The notes: generated from the sequence alone by a model not told the origin. A stretch of 64,000 nt of DNA from an uncultured Actinomycetota bacterium (GCA_963752645.1 CAVVZN010000014.1:502955-566954); one strand, 5' to 3'; shown: positions 27,865 to 38,072, counted from the stretch's first letter. Numbers and translations are program-made.

Positions 27865-29037
27865 ATGGCCACAGCAGGTGCGGCGGTGCGACGGATGGTG
27901 CCCCGGCGGGTCGACGAGCAGCACCGCGTCTCGACGCCGCTCGAGCTGCTGTTCGACCTGACTTTCGTGGTCGCGGTGTCACTGCTCGCCCGCGAGCTCG
28001 GGCACGGCGTCGCCGAGGACCACCCGGGCCATGCGGTGTCGGCGTTCCTGATGGTCTTCTTCGCCATCTGGTGGGCGTGGATGAACTTCACCTGGTTCGC
28101 CTCCGCCTACGACACCGACGACGTGCCCTACCGACTGCTGACGCTGCTGCAGATGGGCGGCGTGCTCGTCCTGGCCGCGGGGGTCGCGCCCGCCTTCGAG
28201 AACAAGGGCTACACGGCGGTGACGATCGGCTACGTGGTGATGCGCGTGGCCATGCTCGCCCAGTGGGGGCGGGCAGCGCGCTCCGATCCCGGGCGCCGGA
28301 CGACGGCGCTGCGCTACGTCATCGGTACCGCCGCGGTACAGGCCGCCTGGCTGGTCCGGCTCGCGCTCCCGGCCAGCGCGGCCGTGGCGTCCTTCCTGGT
28401 CCTGGTCGTCGCCGAACTCGCCGTGCCCTGGTGGGCCGAGCGGGGCTCGGAGCAGTCGACCTGGCACCCGCACCACATCGCCGAGCGCTACGGCCTCTTC
28501 GTGATCATCGTGCTCGGCGAGTGCGTACTCGCAGCGACGACGGCGGTGCAGGTGGCGGTGGCGGATGGTGGCGTCAGCGCGAAGCTGCTGGTCGTCGCCG
28601 CGGGCGGGCTCATTCTGCTGTTCGGGCTCTGGTGGGTGTACTTCCTGCGCCCGGCCGGAGAAGGTCTGGAACGTCGACGCGAGGTGGCGTTCTGGTGGGG
28701 TTACGGCCACTACGGCGTCTTCGCCGGGCTCGCGGCGATCGGCGCGGGCCTCGAGGTGACGACCGAAGCCGTCACCCATCACATCGCGGCCCCGGACACA
28801 CTCGTGGCGGCTGCCGTCGGCGTCCCGGTCGCGGTGGTCCTGCTGCTGGTCTGGTTCCTGCACCGCCCGTTGGGGACCGTCACGCGGGGAGACGGGGTCG
28901 TCTTCGTCGCGGCAGCGCTGGTCACGCTCGTCCTCGTGGCGGCGGCCGGCGCGCTGGGCCTCCCCGCCGTCACACTGCTCATGGCGGTGCCGGTGGCCGC
29001 CGTCGTCACCGTCGGCATCCGCCATCGCAGCAGCTGA
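27865..29037 (+). CDS. low temperature requirement protein A (LtrA) family membrane protein
   Basis: STPLELLFDLTFVVAVS (LtrA signature) plus multiple TM segments. Alternative ATG at 27894. Confidence 0.7.
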   Translation: MATAGAAVRRMVPRRVDEQHRVSTPLELLFDLTFVVAVSLLARELGHGVAEDHPGHAVSAFLMVFFAIWWAWMNFTWFASAYDTDDVPYRLLTLLQMGGVLVLAAGVAPAFENKGYTAVTIGYVVMRVAMLAQWGRAARSDPGRRTTALRYVIGTAAVQAAWLVRLALPASAAVASFLVLVVAELAVPWWAERGSEQSTWHPHHIAERYGLFVIIVLGECVLAATTAVQVAVADGGVSAKLLVVAAGGLILLFGLWWVYFLRPAGEGLERRREVAFWWGYGHYGVFAGLAAIGAGLEVTTEAVTHHIAAPDTLVAAAVGVPVAVVLLLVWFLHRPLGTVTRGDGVVFVAAALVTLVLVAAAGALGLPAVTLLMAVPVAAVVTVGIRHRSS

Positions 29038-29041
29038 GGCG

Positions 29042-29533
29042 TCAGTCCGTCGAGGGCGTCAGTCCGTCGGCTGCGGCGAGCTGCGACTCGAGCCGGTCGA
29101 GGAACGGCAGCTGCGAGGGACTGATCTTGACCCGCGCCGTCGCCAGGTCGAACCAGTCCGCGCGGTCGACCTCCTCGACCTGCCGGATGCGCCCGCTCCG
29201 CGGCGGCCACTCCATCGGAAAGGTGTTGCTACGAACGCCTGCGACGTCGAACTCGCCCTCGATCGCCCAGATCAGGTTGACCTTCCCGCTGCGCTGCCGC
29301 GCCTCACCGAGCGGTCGGGGCTCGCCAGCCGGCGGCGGGCTGCCCATCTCCTCGGTGAACTCGCGGACCGCGGCGGTCAACGGCTCCTCGTCGCCCTCGA
29401 GCTCGCCCTTCGGGATGGACCAGACCCCGTCGTCCTTCTTGACGTAGTACGGACCCCCGGGGTGGGCGAGCAGCACCTCGAGGCCACCCTCACCCGAGCG
29501 GTGGACCAGGACACCGGCGCTACGACGAGGCAT
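29042..29533 (-). CDS. NUDIX hydrolase
   Basis: MPRRSAGVLVHRSGEGGLEVLLAHPGG...GELEGDEEPLTAAVREFTEEMG (Nudix box GX5EX7REUXEEXGU). Confidence 0.75.
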   Translation of the reverse strand: MPRRSAGVLVHRSGEGGLEVLLAHPGGPYYVKKDDGVWSIPKGELEGDEEPLTAAVREFTEEMGSPPPAGEPRPLGEARQRSGKVNLIWAIEGEFDVAGVRSNTFPMEWPPRSGRIRQVEEVDRADWFDLATARVKISPSQLPFLDRLESQLAAADGLTPSTD

Positions 29534-29550
29534 GGGTCGATTGTCCCGCG

Positions 29551-30492
29551 TCAGTCCGCGACCGTGGTGACGAGCGGCGCCGGCGCGAGCACCTCGACCG
29601 GCTCGAGATGGGCGCGGCGGCGGCCCTCGCGGGAGGGGCGCGAACCGTAGCTGACCCCGCCCAACACGATCCCGGCCCCGATGAGCTGCACCCAGGTGGG
29701 CTGCTCCCCCAGGACGACCGCGGCGAGCGCGAGGGCACACAGCGGTTGCAACAGCAGGACGAGCGCGGTGACCGCGGCCGGCAGGTGCGGCAACGATCGC
29801 GAGATCAGCAGCCAGCCGATGACCTGGGACAGCATCGCCAGCAGCGCGAGCCAGCCGACGCTCGCCCAACCCGGGGTCAGGTCGATGCCGTCGGTGACGG
29901 CGCCGAGCCCGATGCTCAGCACGCCGGCGGTGAGGCTGGCGTCGAGAAGCGGTGCGGCCGTGCTCCGGGTGCCGGACGACGACGCCCGCAGCAGGAGGAT
30001 GAAGCCGGCGTAGGCGATGGAGGTCCCGAGCCCGTAGACCGTGCCCCGGATCGGGTGACCTCCGTAGGCGGCGGGACCCACGATGCCGGACACGAGCAGG
30101 ACGCCGGCGACGACCACGGGGAGGCCGGTGAGGAGCCGGTTGCTGGGCCGCTCACCGAGCACGAGCCAGCCGACCGCCGCGACCACGATGACCTGGAGGT
30201 TCCCGAGCACTGTCGCCACCCCGGCCCCGGCGTCCCCGATGCAGTGGTGCCACAGGTCCAGGTCGAAGGTGAAGAACGCGCCGGCTCCGACGCCGAGCAT
30301 CCGGGAGCGGAGCGGTCGAGGCGCCTCGCCCTTCACCTGCCAGGCCGCGAGGAAGGCCAGCACCGGCACCGAGAGCAGGCAGCGGAAGGCGGCGGCCGTC
30401 GCCGGGGTGGTGCGCGCCAGCTCCACGAGCATCGACGACGAGGCGATACAGCCGGCACCGGCCGCGGCGACGAGCACCCGGGACTCGACCAT
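29551..30492 (-). CDS. DMT superfamily (EamA-like) transporter
   Basis: 313 aa, about 10 TM, two EamA-like repeats. Confidence 0.7.
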   Translation of the reverse strand: MVESRVLVAAAGAGCIASSSMLVELARTTPATAAAFRCLLSVPVLAFLAAWQVKGEAPRPLRSRMLGVGAGAFFTFDLDLWHHCIGDAGAGVATVLGNLQVIVVAAVGWLVLGERPSNRLLTGLPVVVAGVLLVSGIVGPAAYGGHPIRGTVYGLGTSIAYAGFILLLRASSSGTRSTAAPLLDASLTAGVLSIGLGAVTDGIDLTPGWASVGWLALLAMLSQVIGWLLISRSLPHLPAAVTALVLLLQPLCALALAAVVLGEQPTWVQLIGAGIVLGGVSYGSRPSREGRRRAHLEPVEVLAPAPLVTTVAD

Positions 30493-30578
30493 GCGTTCGC
30501 CACCCCATCAACGTTCAGCGTCAGGACCGTCCCGGCGCTACGCTCGTGACGGTATGGACGACGGCGTCAGGAGTCAAC

Positions 30579-31106
30579 ATGCTTTTCGGTCATGACACCG
30601 AGCACGCGCTGACCGTCTCCGTCGCCCTCGCGAACGGTCCCCCGGCGACGCCCGAGGAGCTGCAGGCCTTCATCGACGAGCACGACATCAGCGGTGTCGA
30701 CACGGTCGACGCCGACGACGTCCGCGCGATGCTGGGCCTGGCGGAGACAGTCCGCTCGGTCTTCGAGAGCGACGACGTCGCCGGCTCGGCCGACACGGTC
30801 AACACCCTGCTCGAGGCCTCCGCCGCCACCCCCCGGCTCACGACGCACGACGGATACCCGCTGCACCTGCACCACTTCGCACCGGGGGCCGCGGTCGCTT
30901 CCCACCTCGGCGCCGACGTCGGGATGGCGCTCGCCGTCGTCCTCGCGGCCGGCGAAGGGTCGCGACTGCGGCTGTGCGAGGCGGGGTGCGGCCGCGTGCT
31001 CGTCGACCTCTCCCGCAACCGCAACCGGCGCTACTGCGACGACAAGTCCTGCGGGAACCGGCTGCACGTCGCCGCCTATCGGGCCCGCCGACGCACATCC
31101 GGGTGA
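30579..31106 (+). CDS. CGNR zinc-finger domain protein (ABATE plus CGNR)
   Basis: C-terminal CEAGCGRVLVDLSRNRNRRYCDDKSCGNRLHVAAYRARRR. SD aggag lies 7 nt upstream. Confidence 0.75.
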   Translation: MLFGHDTEHALTVSVALANGPPATPEELQAFIDEHDISGVDTVDADDVRAMLGLAETVRSVFESDDVAGSADTVNTLLEASAATPRLTTHDGYPLHLHHFAPGAAVASHLGADVGMALAVVLAAGEGSRLRLCEAGCGRVLVDLSRNRNRRYCDDKSCGNRLHVAAYRARRRTSG

Positions 31107-31151
31107 AATAGCCGGAGGGACGAAAACACACGGGAAAGCGCAGTACCGTTT

Positions 31152-31379
31152 TTGACGGGTCGACGGGAGATCTGGGTGACCGACGAAGTCGGAAAGACAG
31201 GGCACGTCGTCACACGCATACGCGGTGGCGAGAAGCCCGGAGAAGTCACCATCCCCATCCGCGGCGGAGTAGAGGTCTACCTCGCCTACAGCGATGAGCC
31301 CATCGAGCGCTCGACCCCGGTCCTCGTCGTCGGCAGCCGGGGCAGTCGTTGCCTCGACGTCGTGCCGTGGGCCGGTTGA
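31152..31379 (+). CDS. NfeD-like OB-fold small protein (partner of the flotillin gene)
   Basis: GEVTIPIRGGVEVYLAYSDEPIERSTPVLVVGSRG. Sits immediately upstream of the SPFH gene. Alternative GTG start at 31176 with a GGGAG SD. Confidence 0.55.
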   Translation: MTGRREIWVTDEVGKTGHVVTRIRGGEKPGEVTIPIRGGVEVYLAYSDEPIERSTPVLVVGSRGSRCLDVVPWAG

Positions 31380-31406
31380 GTCAACAGACACGCTCAAGGG
31401 GAGTTC

Positions 31407-32594
31407 ATGTTCGGATATCGGGTGCCGGCGCCCAACCAGGCGATGCTCATCAGTGGTGGCCGTCAGCGTGGTCGCGGGGACGGCGGGACGCAGTTCCGGA
31501 TCGTCACGGGGCACGGGGCCTTCGTGCTGCCCATCTTCCGCAAGGTCAGCTTCCTGACCCTGGCGATGCAGGAGGCGGAGGTCGTCGAGGACACCTTCAC
31601 CCAGCAGGGGCTGACGCTGAACGTCCGCGCGATCATCGCGTTCAAGGTCGGTGACGACCTGGCCAGCATCTCGGCCGCCTCGCGGCGCTTCCTCGCCGAC
31701 CAACGGCAGATGTCGGCGCTGGTCGGCCGGATCTTCTCCGGGCACCTGCGGTCGATCGTCGGATCGATGACGGTGGAGAGCATCATCCGCGACCAGCAGC
31801 GCCTCGGTGAAGCGATCCTCGACGCCTCCAAGGGTGAGATGGCGCGGATCGGGCTGCTGGTCGACTCGTTGCAGATCAGCGAGATCAACGACAAGGGCAG
31901 CGGCTACATCGCGGCGCTCGCCTCGCCGTACCAGGCTGCGGTGAACCGGGAGGCGCAGATCGCGCAGGCGCGGGCGATGCAGGCCTCGGCCGAGGCGCAG
32001 CAGGAGAGCGAGCGCGCCCAGGCCGAGTTCCGCCGGCAGACCGCCATCGCGCGAGCGGACTACCAGGCGCAGATCGACACCGCCGAAGCCCGCTCCCAAC
32101 AGGCCGGTCCGCTCTCGGCTGCGCAGGCGCAGCAGGACGTGCTCATCGAGCAGGCGAAGGTCGCCGAGCGCAACGCCGAGCTGCGTCAGGCGCAGCTGAT
32201 GGCGGAGGTGGTCAAACCGGCCGAGGCGGAGGCGGAGCGCATCCGTACCCTCGCGCAGGCCGAGGCCGACCGCACCAGGATGTCCGCGGAGGCCGCGGCA
32301 TCCGCAGACCGCATCGCGTTGGACCAGCGCATCATCGAACAGCTGCCGCAGATGATCGCGGCCGCCGCGTCCGGGCTGCAGAACGCCAACGTCACCGTCC
32401 TCAACGGCGCGGAGGGGCTCAACGGCACCGTCGCCTCGATGGCCGCGCAGGGGCTGACGATCCTCGACACCCTGACGGCCGGGCTGCGGGACCGGGAGGG
32501 CCGTGCCAGCGGCACGCGCGGCGACGAGGCCCGAGCCATCGACCGCGGCCCGGCGTCGTCCGGCAGCGCGAACGGGAGCAACGCCGGCGGCTGA
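31407..32594 (+). CDS. flotillin-like SPFH/band-7 domain protein
   Basis: SPFH N-terminal domain followed by a long Ala/Glu/Gln-rich coiled coil (AQAEFRRQTAIARADYQAQIDTAEARSQQ...). Confidence 0.8.
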   Translation: MFGYRVPAPNQAMLISGGRQRGRGDGGTQFRIVTGHGAFVLPIFRKVSFLTLAMQEAEVVEDTFTQQGLTLNVRAIIAFKVGDDLASISAASRRFLADQRQMSALVGRIFSGHLRSIVGSMTVESIIRDQQRLGEAILDASKGEMARIGLLVDSLQISEINDKGSGYIAALASPYQAAVNREAQIAQARAMQASAEAQQESERAQAEFRRQTAIARADYQAQIDTAEARSQQAGPLSAAQAQQDVLIEQAKVAERNAELRQAQLMAEVVKPAEAEAERIRTLAQAEADRTRMSAEAAASADRIALDQRIIEQLPQMIAAAASGLQNANVTVLNGAEGLNGTVASMAAQGLTILDTLTAGLRDREGRASGTRGDEARAIDRGPASSGSANGSNAGG

Positions 32595-32650
32595 TCGGCT
32601 GATCGGCTGCTACCGCGCCTGCCCGACGTGGCTGGTTGTCGCGCGGTCGA

Positions 32651-33274
32651 TCAGCCCGCCGATGCCTCTGTTCCGGCGTGCACCGGACGGATGCTCGGCT
32701 GGCACACCGGCACCGTGGCCGGCAGCACGACGTCCGCCCGTTCGCCGGGCGGGAAGACGCGGACGAAGGCCGACGTCGTCGAGCCGGAGTCGCAGGCAGC
32801 CGGGGTCACGCTGAACGTGGCGGTGGCGACGTCTCCCGCCGACAGCCGGACGGTGGGGGCCGAAGCGCTGACCCGGCTCGCGGGACGACCGATCTGGGTC
32901 CGTCGGGCGTCGAGCAGTGAAACCCCGGGGTAGCCCTGCAGCGTGCATGCCGTGTCGCTGCGGTTCCGGAATCGGACCGCGCTGAACTGCGTCCCGGCCG
33001 CCCCCTGCCCAGGTTCGAAGGTGACGGTCACCTGCGCCGTCGTGCAGCTGGTGCCGGCCGCCGCCGATCGGCTGGGCGACGGAGCGGGCGACACCGTCGG
33101 GGACGGTGTCGGGGACGGCGTCGGTGCCGCGGTTGTGGTGCCCGTGCCTGCCTGGGCACCGGCCGTCGGTGGCGCTGCTGCTGGTCCTGCCTTCGTCGAC
33201 GACGAACCGGAGCAGCCCGCGGCGCCGAGGGCGACCACGAGCAGGGGCAGGGCGACAGCGTGACGACGCTTCAC
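32651..33274 (-). CDS. DUF4232-family lipoprotein
   Basis: Signal peptide with lipobox LGAAGCSG, Pro/Thr/Ser linker and the conserved CTLQGYPGVSLLD motif. Confidence 0.6.
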   Translation of the reverse strand: MKRRHAVALPLLVVALGAAGCSGSSSTKAGPAAAPPTAGAQAGTGTTTAAPTPSPTPSPTVSPAPSPSRSAAAGTSCTTAQVTVTFEPGQGAAGTQFSAVRFRNRSDTACTLQGYPGVSLLDARRTQIGRPASRVSASAPTVRLSAGDVATATFSVTPAACDSGSTTSAFVRVFPPGERADVVLPATVPVCQPSIRPVHAGTEASAG

Positions 33275-33447
33275 AAGATCACCCTAGGGCGTCATTCCTG
33301 TGAATCGTCCCGGGACGCTGGCTTGTGGTGGCCGTAGTCAACACGTTGACGTCGAGAGCAGGTCCACCGCCATCAGCATCGTCGGGACCTGGACTCCCTG
33401 ACCGCGCCGACGTGACGCGGCTCTCAGCTCTGTTGCAGGATGCGGAC

Positions 33448-35187
33448 ATGACCGCGCCCGCGACAGACCCCGCCCCGGCCGACCCCAGCCCGGCCACCCG
33501 GACCTATCGGGCCGCTCGCGACCACCTGGTCGACCTGCGCAGCGACTACGACCGCGCGGTCGCGGAGTTCCGCTGGCCGACGTTCACGAGCACGTTCAAC
33601 TGGGCGATCGACTGGTTCGACGCCGTCGGACGGGGTTCCGACCAGCTGGCGCTGTGGGTGGTCGCCGCCGACGGCAGCGAACAGAAGGTCACCTTCGACG
33701 AGATGTCGCGCCGCTCCGACCAGGTGGCGACGTGGCTCGCCTCGCTCGGCGTCGGCAAGGGCGACCACGTGCTGCTGATGCTCGGCAACCAGGTCGAGCT
33801 GTGGGAGTCGATGCTCGCGATCATGAAGCTCGGTGCGGTGATCATGCCGACCACCACCGCGACCGGGGGCGCCGACCTGGCCGACCGCATCGTCCGTGGT
33901 GCGGCGACGGTGGTGCTGGCCAACGTCGCCGACACCGGGAAGTTCGCCGACGCACCCGCGAGTCTCACCCGCGTCGTCGTCGGCGGGACGACGGACGGCT
34001 GGCACCCCTACGCCGACAGCGGCACGGTCCAGGGTCACCCGTTCGCGTCGACGACGATGCCGGAGGACCCGCTGCTGCTCTACTTCACCTCGGGCACCAC
34101 CAGCCGCCCGAAGCTCGTCGAGCACACGCAGGTCAGCTACCCCGTCGGGCACCTCGCGACCATGTACTGGCAGGGCCTCGAGCCCGGCGACGTGCACCTG
34201 AACATCAGCTCGCCGGGGTGGGCGAAGCACGCCTGGAGCTGCTTCTTCGCCCCGTGGATCGCCCAGGCGACGATCTTCGTCTACAACTACACCCGCTTCG
34301 AGCCCGCCGACCTGCTGGCGCAGATCGCGCGGTGTGGCGTCACGACGTTCTGCGCCCCACCCACGGTCTGGCGGATGCTCATCAAGGCCGACCTCTCCGG
34401 TGGCGCGGGTCAGCTGCGCGAGCTGCTGTCGGCGGGTGAACCGCTGAACCCCGAGGTGATCGAGCAGGTCCGCACGAAGTGGGGGCTCACGATCCGCGAC
34501 GCCTTCGGGCAGACGGAGACCTCCGCACAGATCGGCAACCCGCCCGGCTCGCCGGTCAAGCCGGGCTCGATGGGTCGGCCGCTGCCCGGGATCCCCGTCG
34601 TCCTCGTCGACCCGCTGACCGGAGAACCGTCGCCGACCGAGGGCGAGATCTGTCTGGACCTCGCCGACCGGCCGGTGTGCCTGATGACCGGCTACCAGGG
34701 CGACCAGGCCCGCAACGCCGATGCGATGGCCGGCGGTTTCTACCACACCGGCGACGTCGCCAGCCAGGACGCCGACGGCTACATCACCTACATCGGGCGC
34801 ACCGACGACGTCTTCAAGGCCTCCGATTACAAGATCTCCCCGTTCGAGTTGGAGAGCGTGCTCGTCGAGCATCCGGCCGTCGTCGAGGCGGCCGTCGTGC
34901 CCGCGCCGGACGAGGTACGGATGGCCGTGCCGAAGGCCTACATCGCCCTCGCCGACGGGTGGGAACCGAACCGCGACACCGCGCTCGCGGTGCTCAAGCA
35001 TGCGCGCGAGAACCTGGCGCCGTACCTGCGGGTGCGCCGCGTCGAGTTCTTCGAGCTGCCGAAGACCATCAGCGGCAAGATCCGCCGTGTCGAGCTGCGG
35101 ACCCGCGAGGAGCAGGCTGCGGCGCAGGGACAGTCGCTGGGTGAGGAGTTCAGGGACTCGGACTTCCCGGAGCTGCGGAGCAGCTGA
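33448..35187 (+). CDS. AMP-dependent synthetase/ligase (acyl-CoA synthetase)
   Basis: YFTSGTTSRPK (AMP-binding P-loop), ...GEICLDL...GYQGD... and ISGKIRR. Confidence 0.8.
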   Translation: MTAPATDPAPADPSPATRTYRAARDHLVDLRSDYDRAVAEFRWPTFTSTFNWAIDWFDAVGRGSDQLALWVVAADGSEQKVTFDEMSRRSDQVATWLASLGVGKGDHVLLMLGNQVELWESMLAIMKLGAVIMPTTTATGGADLADRIVRGAATVVLANVADTGKFADAPASLTRVVVGGTTDGWHPYADSGTVQGHPFASTTMPEDPLLLYFTSGTTSRPKLVEHTQVSYPVGHLATMYWQGLEPGDVHLNISSPGWAKHAWSCFFAPWIAQATIFVYNYTRFEPADLLAQIARCGVTTFCAPPTVWRMLIKADLSGGAGQLRELLSAGEPLNPEVIEQVRTKWGLTIRDAFGQTETSAQIGNPPGSPVKPGSMGRPLPGIPVVLVDPLTGEPSPTEGEICLDLADRPVCLMTGYQGDQARNADAMAGGFYHTGDVASQDADGYITYIGRTDDVFKASDYKISPFELESVLVEHPAVVEAAVVPAPDEVRMAVPKAYIALADGWEPNRDTALAVLKHARENLAPYLRVRRVEFFELPKTISGKIRRVELRTREEQAAAQGQSLGEEFRDSDFPELRSS

Positions 35188-35289
35188 CGTTAGTTACAGT
35201 AAGTTCTGTCAGCTGTAGCAGGCCCCTAGATGAGCCCGAGGGTGATGGCTCCGCGCTCACGCTCGTCCCCGGCGGCGCGATAGTGCTGG

Positions 35290-36486
35290 GTGGACCGACC
35301 AGCGCACCGGACGACCGGGACCCGCCTGGCATCGGCGTGGCGCTGGCCCCTGCTGCTCGTGTGGGCCGCGGTGTGGTTCGTCGCCCGTCGGCACGTGCTC
35401 GGTGACTGGCACTACTTCCACGATGCAGCCCGGCTGCTGGGCGGCCCTCGGCCGCTCTCGACGTACGCCGACTCACCCGACCTGCAGATCGGGCCGCTGG
35501 CCCTGATCGTCGGCCTGCCGATCGCCCGGGCTGGACCGCTCGTCGTGCAGCCCGTTCTCTACGGACTCGGACTGATTGCCATGGCGGTCTCCGAGCGATG
35601 CTGGCCCCGGGCGGAACCGGTCCGGCTGCTGCTCGCGGGCACGCTGGCGATTCCCGTCTGGTCGTTCGTCGCGACCTCGGGCCACCTGGACGACGCGCTC
35701 GTGGTGCTGACGACGACCATCGCGGCGCTCGCCGTGAAGCGGAACCAGAACCTCGTCGCCGGGCTCTGCGTCGGCGCGGCGATCGCCAGCAAGCCATGGG
35801 CGGTGGTGGTCATCCCCCTCCTGTTGGGTCTGCAGTCGCGGCGGGTTCGCGCCCTCGGTGCCGCCGTCACGCTCTCCGTCCTGGCGTGGCTCCCCTTCGT
35901 GCTCGGTGACCCCGGGACGACCAGCGCCCTCGCCGGCTTCCGCCTCCACGTCGTGTCGACCTCCGGCCTGCAACTGCTGGGCGTGCACGGCCTGGCACCG
36001 GGCTGGGTGCGCCCGGCTCAGGCCCTGCTGGGACTGGCGCTCGGGCTGCTCGCCGTCCGACGCGGCCGCTGGTGGGCGGTGCCAGCAGTCGGTCTGGCCG
36101 CCAGGGTCGCTCTCGATCCGCAGGCGATGGGCTACTACGCCGCAGGACTGGTGGTCGTCGTGCTGCTTGCTGACGGCTGGTCCCGCGTTCGACTACCAGT
36201 TGGTTCCTTGGTCGCCTTCGCGGGCCTGTTCTACCCGGCATTCCTGACCTACCGCGCAGCACTTGCCGGCGACGTCCTGTTCCGGGAGGGTCCCGCGGCA
36301 GGCGTCGTCGCCGCCGTGAGGCTGCTCGCCTGTGCGGGAATCGTCACCCTGGCCCTCCTGGGCCGCACCGTCAGCGCGGCAACCGCCGCCACACCGCCCG
36401 CGGCAGCATCCGCATCCCGGCGAACACCCAGCGCAACGACGCCGGCACCCACACCTCACCCCGACCGCGGCGCAGCGCGTCGATGA
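35290..36486 (+). CDS. polytopic integral membrane protein, possibly a DUF2029/GT87-like glycosyltransferase
   Basis: About 10 hydrophobic segments. The C-terminal ~40 aa are low-complexity and overlap the convergent SDR gene, so the true end is uncertain. Confidence 0.45.
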   Translation: MDRPAHRTTGTRLASAWRWPLLLVWAAVWFVARRHVLGDWHYFHDAARLLGGPRPLSTYADSPDLQIGPLALIVGLPIARAGPLVVQPVLYGLGLIAMAVSERCWPRAEPVRLLLAGTLAIPVWSFVATSGHLDDALVVLTTTIAALAVKRNQNLVAGLCVGAAIASKPWAVVVIPLLLGLQSRRVRALGAAVTLSVLAWLPFVLGDPGTTSALAGFRLHVVSTSGLQLLGVHGLAPGWVRPAQALLGLALGLLAVRRGRWWAVPAVGLAARVALDPQAMGYYAAGLVVVVLLADGWSRVRLPVGSLVAFAGLFYPAFLTYRAALAGDVLFREGPAAGVVAAVRLLACAGIVTLALLGRTVSAATAATPPAAASASRRTPSATTPAPTPHPDRGAARR

Positions 36487-37135
36487 CGGCATCGGCCACC
36501 TGCGGCACCGTGCTGCTGAGCGGCGCGGGATCCATGCCCTCGGTCATGCGCCCGACGACGAAGCCCGGCCGCACCAGCAGCAGCGACGCGCCGCTGCCGT
36601 GCAACGCATCGGCGAGACCGCTCGCGAAGCCGTCGAGCGCAGCCTTGGTCGAGCCGTAGACGTAGTTCGCCCGCCGTACCCGCACACCGGCGACCGAGGA
36701 GAACACGACCACACGGCCGCTCCGCTGCACCCGCAGCCGCTCGGCGACCAGCGTCAGCATCTGCACGTGCGCGACGTAGTTGGTGTGCAGGACAGCGACG
36801 GCATGACCGGGGTCGTGCTCTGCCCGCGTCTGATCGCCGAGCACACCGAAGGCGACGACGACGAGCTCCAGCGGCCCGTGCCGTTCGGTCACCCTGGCGA
36901 GCAGCGGGGCGTGCGACGCGAGGTCGTCGGCGTCGAACTCGACCCGCTCGACCGCCGCCGCGCCCGCCGCATGCAGCGTCGCCTCCTCGGCATCGAGGGC
37001 CGCCGCCCGACGCGCGGCCAGCACCACCGTCCGCGTCCCCGAGCGCACGAGTCGCTCGGCGACCGCCAACCCGATCTCGCTCCGGCCACCGAGAACGAGC
37101 ACCCAGGATGGCGGCACCACCGGGTCGCGGCTCAC
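36371..37135 (-). CDS. SDR family oxidoreductase
   Basis: VLVLGGRSEIGLAVAERL (GxxxGxG). GTG start overlaps the patatin stop as GTGA. Confidence 0.65.
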   Translation of the reverse strand: MSRDPVVPPSWVLVLGGRSEIGLAVAERLVRSGTRTVVLAARRAAALDAEEATLHAAGAAAVERVEFDADDLASHAPLLARVTERHGPLELVVVAFGVLGDQTRAEHDPGHAVAVLHTNYVAHVQMLTLVAERLRVQRSGRVVVFSSVAGVRVRRANYVYGSTKAALDGFASGLADALHGSGASLLLVRPGFVVGRMTEGMDPAPLSSTVPQVADAVIDALRRGRGEVWVPASLRWVFAGMRMLPRAVWRRLPR

Positions 37136-37983
37136 GACGACCAGAACCGGCGCACCGTCTCGGCGACGGCCGCGGCCTGTTCGCGTCCCGCGCGCGCCGA
37201 CGGGGCCCGCGTCGCGGGGTCCAGCGGATTCGTACCGAAGGCGGCGGTCGACGACTCGTCCGCCGCGACGACGACCACCTGCACCCCGGTGGCACGGAGC
37301 GCGTCGACCTCCTCGTCGAGGGTCGCGCCGAGCGGGTTGTGCTCCATCCCCGTCATCGGCGCCAGCACGAGTACCCGCTCGGCGTCGCCGGCGAGGTCGG
37401 CGTTGCAGATCGAGCCGATCCCGCCGTCCATGTAGCGGGTCGCGCCGATCGTGACGGGCGGCCACACTCCCGGCACCGCGCAACTCGAGGCCACCGCCGT
37501 CACGAGCCCGACACCGGAGTCACGGGTGAACACGACCCGCTCCCCCGTCGCGGTGTCGATGGCCGCGAGGGCGAGGGCCCGGCTCGGCCAGTCCGAGAAC
37601 GGCAAGCGGCTCGCGATGATCTGCAGGCGCTCGGCCTCCGGCACGGTCGCGCTGTCCACCGCCATCTGCCCGACCCGGGCCCGGCGCTCCTGCACGTCGC
37701 GGGCGCCGGTGATGGCCGACGCGAAGCCGGCCATGAGCTGCTCGAGATCGACGTCGACGGACCGCTCCGTCGTCGGCGTGTCCGCGGTCTGCGTCGCGAA
37801 CACGTCCTCGAGGTCGACGTCGCCCGCCACCAGGGTCCCGACGACCGATCCCGCGGAGGTGCCGACCACCAACTCGGCGTCGGTGACCACGACGCCGGCG
37901 TCCCGCAGCCCGGTCAGCACGCCGACCTCCCAGGCGATGCCGGCGAGCCCACCGCCGCCGAGCACCAGCGCGTTCCGTGGCAT
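37132..37983 (-). CDS. patatin-like phospholipase family protein
   Basis: ALVLGGGGLAGIAWEVG (oxyanion Gly-rich), GTSAGS (GxSxG) and MDGGIGS (catalytic Asp). Confidence 0.75.
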   Translation of the reverse strand: MPRNALVLGGGGLAGIAWEVGVLTGLRDAGVVVTDAELVVGTSAGSVVGTLVAGDVDLEDVFATQTADTPTTERSVDVDLEQLMAGFASAITGARDVQERRARVGQMAVDSATVPEAERLQIIASRLPFSDWPSRALALAAIDTATGERVVFTRDSGVGLVTAVASSCAVPGVWPPVTIGATRYMDGGIGSICNADLAGDAERVLVLAPMTGMEHNPLGATLDEEVDALRATGVQVVVVAADESSTAAFGTNPLDPATRAPSARAGREQAAAVAETVRRFWSS

Positions 37984-38072
37984 CCAGACCTCCCGTGGTT
38001 TTCCTGCCTAGCTGGGTAGCAGCGAATCATGTGCTGTCCGCGGCGGACCCGGCCGACGAGCATGATGTGCCG

